Shown piece by piece: positions 59,315-64,000 of a DNA stretch of 64,000 nucleotides. The notes beneath the pieces are model-generated. The model was given only the letters and a program-made list of their open reading frames with translations. It did no database searches and was not told the DNA's origin. The stretch's first letter is position 1. Each line of letters begins with the position of its first letter. The stretch is from an uncultured virus (IMG/VR IMGVR_UViG_3300005613_000039) (Duplodnaviria > Heunggongvirae > Uroviricota > Caudoviricetes): the IMG/VR virus record IMGVR_UViG_3300005613_000039; one strand, 5' to 3'. A program made the position numbers and the translations under genes.

Positions 59315-60129
59315 TATTTTTTCCCCTTTCTGAATTTGAACTTTTTAACTGCAACATCTATAATTTCTTTGGGCTCTAAAGTAAGATATTCTTCAGTCAT
59401 TTTTATATCCCAATGTCCCATCATTTCTTTAACTCTTTTTAAATCAATACCTTGCGATAAACAATGATGACAGAAACCATGTCTACACTGATAAGCATTT
59501 AAATGTCTTTTATATCCAAGCATTTCATTTATTTTTTGAAAAGTATATTTAATATAAATTTCTGAAATATTGAACAATTTTTCACCTTGAGACGATTCGC
59601 ATAATTTTTTGAGTTCTAATTGCAGTTGAGGTACAAGTAAAGTCATTCGATCTTCTTTATCTTTAGTATTTCTTACAATTATCCAATTATTTTTAAAATC
59701 TAAATCTTGTTTTTTTAATTTAATAATTTCATCTGGTCTTAATCCACTACAAAACATTAATCTAACAATCAATTTTCGTTGTTCTGAATCTTTTTCAAAC
59801 AATAAGTCAAAATAAGGAAGTATTTCTTCCTCTAATTCTTTCAAAGTTAAAAATGCTTTTTTCTTTTTCTTTGTGATTTTTTTCTGTTTAGGAAATTCAA
59901 TATCTAATTTTTTAAATCGAGTATAATGCTTTAGAGCAGTCATGTACCCATTAAATGTACTTGTTTTTAATTGATTGTCTACACAGCTTGCCAGAAAATC
60001 ATTAACAGTTTCTTGATTGAATATGGCATATTTTTTAAAAAACATCTTCATTCTATACCAATATTGTACTCTACTCTTATCAGAGTCAAGATTTAATTTT
60101 AAATAATTTTTAAATTCATCTAACTGCAT
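59314..60129 (-). CDS. Tyrosine recombinase (XerC/D-like integrase)
   Basis: GLR..E, TK..DR, (H>Y)QCRH, MMGH..T..Y. Confidence 0.88.
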   Translation of the reverse strand: MQLDEFKNYLKLNLDSDKSRVQYWYRMKMFFKKYAIFNQETVNDFLASCVDNQLKTSTFNGYMTALKHYTRFKKLDIEFPKQKKITKKKKKAFLTLKELEEEILPYFDLLFEKDSEQRKLIVRLMFCSGLRPDEIIKLKKQDLDFKNNWIIVRNTKDKEDRMTLLVPQLQLELKKLCESSQGEKLFNISEIYIKYTFQKINEMLGYKRHLNAYQCRHGFCHHCLSQGIDLKRVKEMMGHWDIKMTEEYLTLEPKEIIDVAVKKFKFRKGKK

Positions 60130-60340
60130 TGTCGTTACCCTTTTTGTTATTAAAGTCTTGCGATACTTCTTCTAATACTAGCATTAATTCGAAAGGATCA
60201 ATCATATTTTCATATTCTCGAATCGTGAATTGATTTCGATTTTTCATTCTCTTTAATGCCTCTTGTAAATAAAGAGATTTCTTACTGAATTTTTTATTTG
60301 GAGTGATTTCAAAATCCCATATTCTTTGTAACTTACTCAT
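60116..60340 (-). CDS. Hypothetical protein
   Basis: GGAG SD; ORF track. Confidence 0.5.
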   Translation of the reverse strand: MSKLQRIWDFEITPNKKFSKKSLYLQEALKRMKNRNQFTIREYENMIDPFELMLVLEEVSQDFNNKKGNDNAVR

Positions 60341-60599
60341 TTATTTTCTCCTGTTGTTTTTTAATAAAATGATATATTACTTTAACGCCATTAGAATAAC
60401 ATTCTTCTCTTTCATCGGCTCTATTATCACACGTATTTATATCAAAAAGAGTACACCAAAGCTTTTCAAGTTCATCAAAAGTCTTATCGCTCACTAAATT
60501 ATCAGCTTTTACATAATAAGCGTAGCACAAAACACTTAACACATAATTTAATGCTTGTTTAAATCCCATTTCTGTACCATAAAATGTTTTTTTAGGCAT
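60333..60599 (-). CDS. Stand-alone LigA domain Ia-like protein
   Basis: YAYYV..LVSD.TFDEL resembles the YY..SD.EYD.L motif of NAD-dependent ligase N-terminus. Confidence 0.6.
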   Translation of the reverse strand: MPKKTFYGTEMGFKQALNYVLSVLCYAYYVKADNLVSDKTFDELEKLWCTLFDINTCDNRADEREECYSNGVKVIYHFIKKQQEKINE

Positions 60600-61620
60600 T
60601 GTTTAAGTCCTTTAATAATTTTTGTCCCTTTTCGGTTATCTTTCTTTTATTACTAATCGTTATTAATTCTTGATTAATAAGAAAAGGCTCCACTTCAAAC
60701 TCATACGTTTTCGATTCTATTCTTAAATATTTTGCCAGAGAACTTTTACTGGCTCCTCCAGATTGATTAATATAATTTAACAATTTGATATCTCTTTTTG
60801 TTAAGCTATTATATACAAGATTGTTATTATCTTTAACTCTATTCCAATCTCTGATATAAATATACTCTCTCAATAAACTTAATCCTATTCTGGGAGTGCC
60901 TCTACAATTTTTGGCAATTTTTAAAAAGATATCGTTATTAATATTTTCATTTTCATATTGTTTTACTAAGAATTGTTGAAAAATTCTGATTAATTCATTA
61001 TATTTATAATTGTCCAATTCGATTTGTAAAGGAAATCTTTGAACTAATGCTGATAAATTTTCTGATAAATTACCTTTATGAGTAGTCGCAAAAAACATAC
61101 TGAAAGGTTTGATTTTCTTTCCAGCTATCTTATATTCTTCTAAAATTGGAAGCAGAAATGTGCCTATTTTGTTTGTAATTCTATGAGCTTCATCTAAAAA
61201 TAGAATTCCACTTTCACATTCAACTATTTTATCAACTAATTGCTGTTCACTCTTAATCTCTCCCGCAGTACAAGTTACAAATTTTTTATCTAACATGTTG
61301 GCTAGAATATTAGCAAACACCGTTTTTCCACAGCCGGCCGGAGCAGATAAGAATGTATTAGGGAAATGATCTTTATATTTTTGACATCCTTCGATATAAC
61401 ATAATGCTCGTTTTTTTGCTTTTTCTTGTCCAATATATTGCTCGAATGATGTAGGTCTAAACGCAGTATTCCCTTCTCCTTCACTTATATTAGAAGTGTC
61501 TAATGCCTCTGGCTTAATAGTAACTTCTAATGGAGAATTTTTTTCTTTTTCTTCATTATAAGGCACACTATTTTCTTCAAGGTCATGACTAAAAGATTTA
61601 ACAAATTCAAATAAGCTCAT
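60592..61620 (-). CDS. ruvB: RuvB-like Holliday junction branch-migration ATPase
   Basis: RP.SFEQYIGQ, PAGCGKT, FLDEAHR, ATT, RF, RGTPR, VEPFLI..R.IT.KG. Confidence 0.88.
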   Translation of the reverse strand: MSLFEFVKSFSHDLEENSVPYNEEKEKNSPLEVTIKPEALDTSNISEGEGNTAFRPTSFEQYIGQEKAKKRALCYIEGCQKYKDHFPNTFLSAPAGCGKTVFANILANMLDKKFVTCTAGEIKSEQQLVDKIVECESGILFLDEAHRITNKIGTFLLPILEEYKIAGKKIKPFSMFFATTHKGNLSENLSALVQRFPLQIELDNYKYNELIRIFQQFLVKQYENENINNDIFLKIAKNCRGTPRIGLSLLREYIYIRDWNRVKDNNNLVYNSLTKRDIKLLNYINQSGGASKSSLAKYLRIESKTYEFEVEPFLINQELITISNKRKITEKGQKLLKDLNNA

Positions 61621-62210
61621 AAGTTATCCTTTACTTTTTCCCAACTTTCAATTTCGCCTTCAATTATTTCAAACAATGGATGCGGTTCAACTTTTAATGT
61701 AAATGAACAAGATTCTATAACATTTTCAACATATTTTTCATAGTCTCTTTTATGTAATTTCTTTTGTAAATGTTTAAATTCATAATTTAATTGTTCTTTA
61801 GTTACAGTCAAAGAACTAAACAATTGTGGAATTTCATATTTAATTAGTTTATTTATATCAAATTTATACCCACGTCTATCTGCTTCTTGCCAAATATAAT
61901 TTAAATATGCATTTATATATAATACTGAATCAGAACTTTTTTTAAATCTTTCTAATTGAGGATGATTATAATAAGGTGTTTTTATTTTTCCTGTTTCTTT
62001 ACACTTCGTACACCAAAATTCCTTTATATATCCTTTTCCTGTTTGTAAATTCGTGCATTTTACTTCGCCCATGAGAGGACTTCCTTTACAATTTGAACAT
62101 TTAGTATATTCCCCTTTTAATAAGACACTTTGGGCTAATAAGCTTTCACGCCATACTGCTAAAAGTCCCATTCTGTCCAGATAGCGGGGCGATAAACTCC
62201 ACAACCTCAT
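61617..62210 (-). CDS. denV: Pyrimidine dimer DNA glycosylase/endonuclease V with Zn-ribbon insertion
   Basis: MRLWSL.P.YLD..GL.A.WRE.LLAQ.VL..Y..HPQLERF..EA..RGY.FD..HPLF..G.IE.WE. Confidence 0.88.
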   Translation of the reverse strand: MRLWSLSPRYLDRMGLLAVWRESLLAQSVLLKGEYTKCSNCKGSPLMGEVKCTNLQTGKGYIKEFWCTKCKETGKIKTPYYNHPQLERFKKSSDSVLYINAYLNYIWQEADRRGYKFDINKLIKYEIPQLFSSLTVTKEQLNYEFKHLQKKLHKRDYEKYVENVIESCSFTLKVEPHPLFEIIEGEIESWEKVKDNL

Positions 62211-62253
62211 AATCTGATCTCCTTTATCTTATAGAAATATTTTTTACAAAAGT

Positions 62254-62454
62254 CTAAATAATATTTTGAGTATGGAAAGCAAACAGCTTTACAAGTGATA
62301 ATTCTCTTGGCTTTGTTATGAAAATATTTAACCTTAATTTCTTTTCTTGTTGTTTTCTTTGTAAAGAGAATTTTTCTACAAAATTAATTATTTTTCTGTG
62401 TATAGCAATCACATTTTTGGGATTAATCCACGCTTTTTTAGATAGTCTTATCAT
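62254..62454 (-). CDS. Hypothetical protein
   Basis: ORF track only. Confidence 0.35.
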   Translation of the reverse strand: MIRLSKKAWINPKNVIAIHRKIINFVEKFSLQRKQQEKKLRLNIFITKPRELSLVKLFAFHTQNII

Positions 62455-62463
62455 GATATCTTC

Positions 62464-62790
62464 TTAGTCGGCTACATTTCTTTTTTCCATTGTTAAATAA
62501 TCATATTCTTTTGCTTTATCTATTTCCCATATAGAAGGATTTAATTCTATTGTATCATGTCTATTTTGTAGCTTACAGTATATTTTAACAGGAATTTCAT
62601 TTTTTAAATAAAATATACCATCTTTTTCATAAATTTCTACACCTTTTTTTGCTTCTAAACAATGATGATTTCCTGTTGTTTCGGAATCAGCTAAAATAAT
62701 TTCACCTTTAGTATTAATTTTTTTAGCGTTTTTTGGAATTTGATCTGTTTCAAAAATTGTTACTTCTCCATGTGAATAATGTTTTTTCAT
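62464..62790 (-). CDS. His-rich beta-barrel hypothetical (partner of DUF6745-like gene)
   Basis: HGEV..LA.SETTGNHH..H..I.L..W..EYD..R.VAD; AAGGAG SD. Confidence 0.65.
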   Translation of the reverse strand: MKKHYSHGEVTIFETDQIPKNAKKINTKGEIILADSETTGNHHCLEAKKGVEIYEKDGIFYLKNEIPVKIYCKLQNRHDTIELNPSIWEIDKAKEYDYLTMEKRNVAD

Positions 62791-62804
62791 TTTTTTCTCC
62801 TTTA

Positions 62805-64000
62805 TTATTTTATGGTTTCAATATTAAAATTTTCTAGTTGTCTATTATTCCATCTAAATTTTAAAGCATCTTTAATAGTTTTACATGATGGGTCAACTCC
62901 TTCCAAGTGAAAAGTTTCTGTTGTTAAATTTTTCATTTTTAAAAATGGAGCATAATTAATTGAAGAAAATAATTTGCTCATATCAATTAAAGTATATTGA
63001 CTTTTTTGCCACCATTCTTCATTAGGATATTTTTTATAAGAATCAATTGTTTTTCCAAAAGATTCCATCCTATCTATACCATATTTTCTAACAAATTCTG
63101 CTTTAATATCTGCATTTTTTTCTTTCTTAAAAAATTCTATATCTAAATTTGATTCTGGAGTTATTGCTAAATATTTAGAAACATTAACTCCATTTAACAT
63201 ATATAATCCATATCCATCTGAATATTTTAAAGCCATATCTCCATTTTTATGCAATTGTTTATTCTCATTTATGTGAATTTCACATGGTTTTTCGCATATA
63301 AAAATTATGTTTTCAAAAGTATAACACCATCCACATGAACAGGCCAAATCATGCCAGATATTAAAGATTTCAAAATTTTTATCGTAAGGCAATAATCCGT
63401 ATTTTTCATAATATTTATAATATCCGATCCAAGATATATCATGTTGACACCATGAATATGTTGATATACATTCAAAATTTAATTTCCTGATGTTGCTCCC
63501 GATGTTTCTCCAGATGTTGCTCCCGATGTTTCTCCAGATGTCGCTCCCGATGTTTCTCCAGATGTTGCTCACGATGTTGTTCACGATGTTTCTCCCAATG
63601 TTTCTCCCGATGTTGTTCACGATGTTTCTCCCAATGTTTCTCCCGATGTTGTTCACGATGTTGCTCTCGATGTTGCTCCCAATGTTTCTCCCGATGTTGT
63701 TCCCGATGTTGTTCCTGATGTTTTTCCAGATGTTGCTCTCGATGTTGCTCTCAATGTTTCTCCCGATGTTGTTCACGATGTTGCTCTCAATGTTTTTCTC
63801 GATGTTGTTCCCGATGTTGTTCCTGATGTTTTCCCCTTTAGTTTGCTTAATAATTTTTTCAATTTCTGGAAATATATTAATTATTATTTGTGCTTGTAAA
63901 GGGCTTTGACAATACCAAAAAGTAGGTTTTTTATATCCCAAAATTTTATAAAATTTAGTCCAAGAGTTTTCAACAACTTCTTTATTAATAGAAGAAGTAT
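62805..64000 (-). CDS. DUF6745-like protein with tetrapeptide repeats (5' end outside window)
   Basis: Frame open to window edge; SCGW..FE..CEKP..LH..AL.YSDG..GV; ERK-like KAEFVRKYG. Confidence 0.75.
   Translation of the reverse strand, partial: TSSINKEVVENSWTKFYKILGYKKPTFWYCQSPLQAQIIINIFPEIEKIIKQTKGENIRNNIGNNIEKNIESNIVNNIGRNIESNIESNIWKNIRNNIGNNIGRNIGSNIESNIVNNIGRNIGRNIVNNIGRNIGRNIVNNIVSNIWRNIGSDIWRNIGSNIWRNIGSNIRKLNFECISTYSWCQHDISWIGYYKYYEKYGLLPYDKNFEIFNIWHDLACSCGWCYTFENIIFICEKPCEIHINENKQLHKNGDMALKYSDGYGLYMLNGVNVSKYLAITPESNLDIEFFKKEKNADIKAEFVRKYGIDRMESFGKTIDSYKKYPNEEWWQKSQYTLIDMSKLFSSINYAPFLKMKNLTTETFHLEGVDPSCKTIKDALKFRWNNRQLENFNIETIK
63486..63833. repeat. 29 x 12-bp tandem repeat encoding xxNI tetrapeptides
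   Basis: Unit like CCCGATGTTTCT on + strand; protein (G/E/V/W/R)(N/S/R/K)NI x29. Confidence 0.95.

Noticed and set aside
194..61484. Short ORF-track entries antisense to or nested in larger genes (e.g. 194-409, 4142-4426, 14369-14743, 46500-46829, 61302-61484)
   Set aside because: Fully overlap well-supported genes and have shadow-frame composition.
63486..63833. CRISPR array or DGR template (AAC-rich)
   Set aside because: No spacers; the AAC codons are mostly invariant; no reverse transcriptase or TR/VR pair seen.
63490..63909. 139-aa + strand ORF (MLLPMFLQ...)
   Set aside because: Antisense shadow of the 12-bp repeat; no SD or context support.
1..64000. Stop-codon reassignment, tRNA genes, rRNA
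   Set aside because: Genes are intact and densely packed in the standard code with TAA, TAG and TGA all used as stops; no cloverleaf/T-loop or rRNA-like tract noticed.

Overview
AT-rich 64-kb fragment of a large tailed bacteriophage (Caudoviricetes-like; no capsid, terminase or lysin genes fall in the window), inferred from gene content. It has two convergent blocks. The + strand block (1-19075) is a virion morphogenesis module: neck and tail-completion genes, major tail protein, chaperones, tape measure protein, distal tail, LamG/F5-8/DUF2341 adhesin-type proteins, and two homing-type endonucleases. The - strand block (19072-64000) carries: a glycan/modification cluster (GT2, GT2-KpsS-LicD-like fusion, sulfotransferase, two radical SAM enzymes, cupin, two DUF115/MptE-like genes); a split SbcC plus SbcD; ribosomal protein bS21; a family B DNA polymerase with a LAGLIDADG intein and a C-terminally fused Dam-type adenine methyltransferase; a frameshifted DnaQ-like exonuclease; RecA, two resolvases and RuvB; a Prim-Pol/helicase and a 5'-3' exonuclease; RtcB, a tyrosine recombinase, DenV and nucleotide-metabolism genes. 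The most notable items are the PolB-intein-Dam fusion, the glycosylation/sulfation cluster next to the tail genes, AT-hook tails on RecA and SbcC-C, and bS21 coupled to the repair operon. I saw no tRNA, rRNA or CRISPR array. All calls come from reading motifs by eye; no database searches were run.
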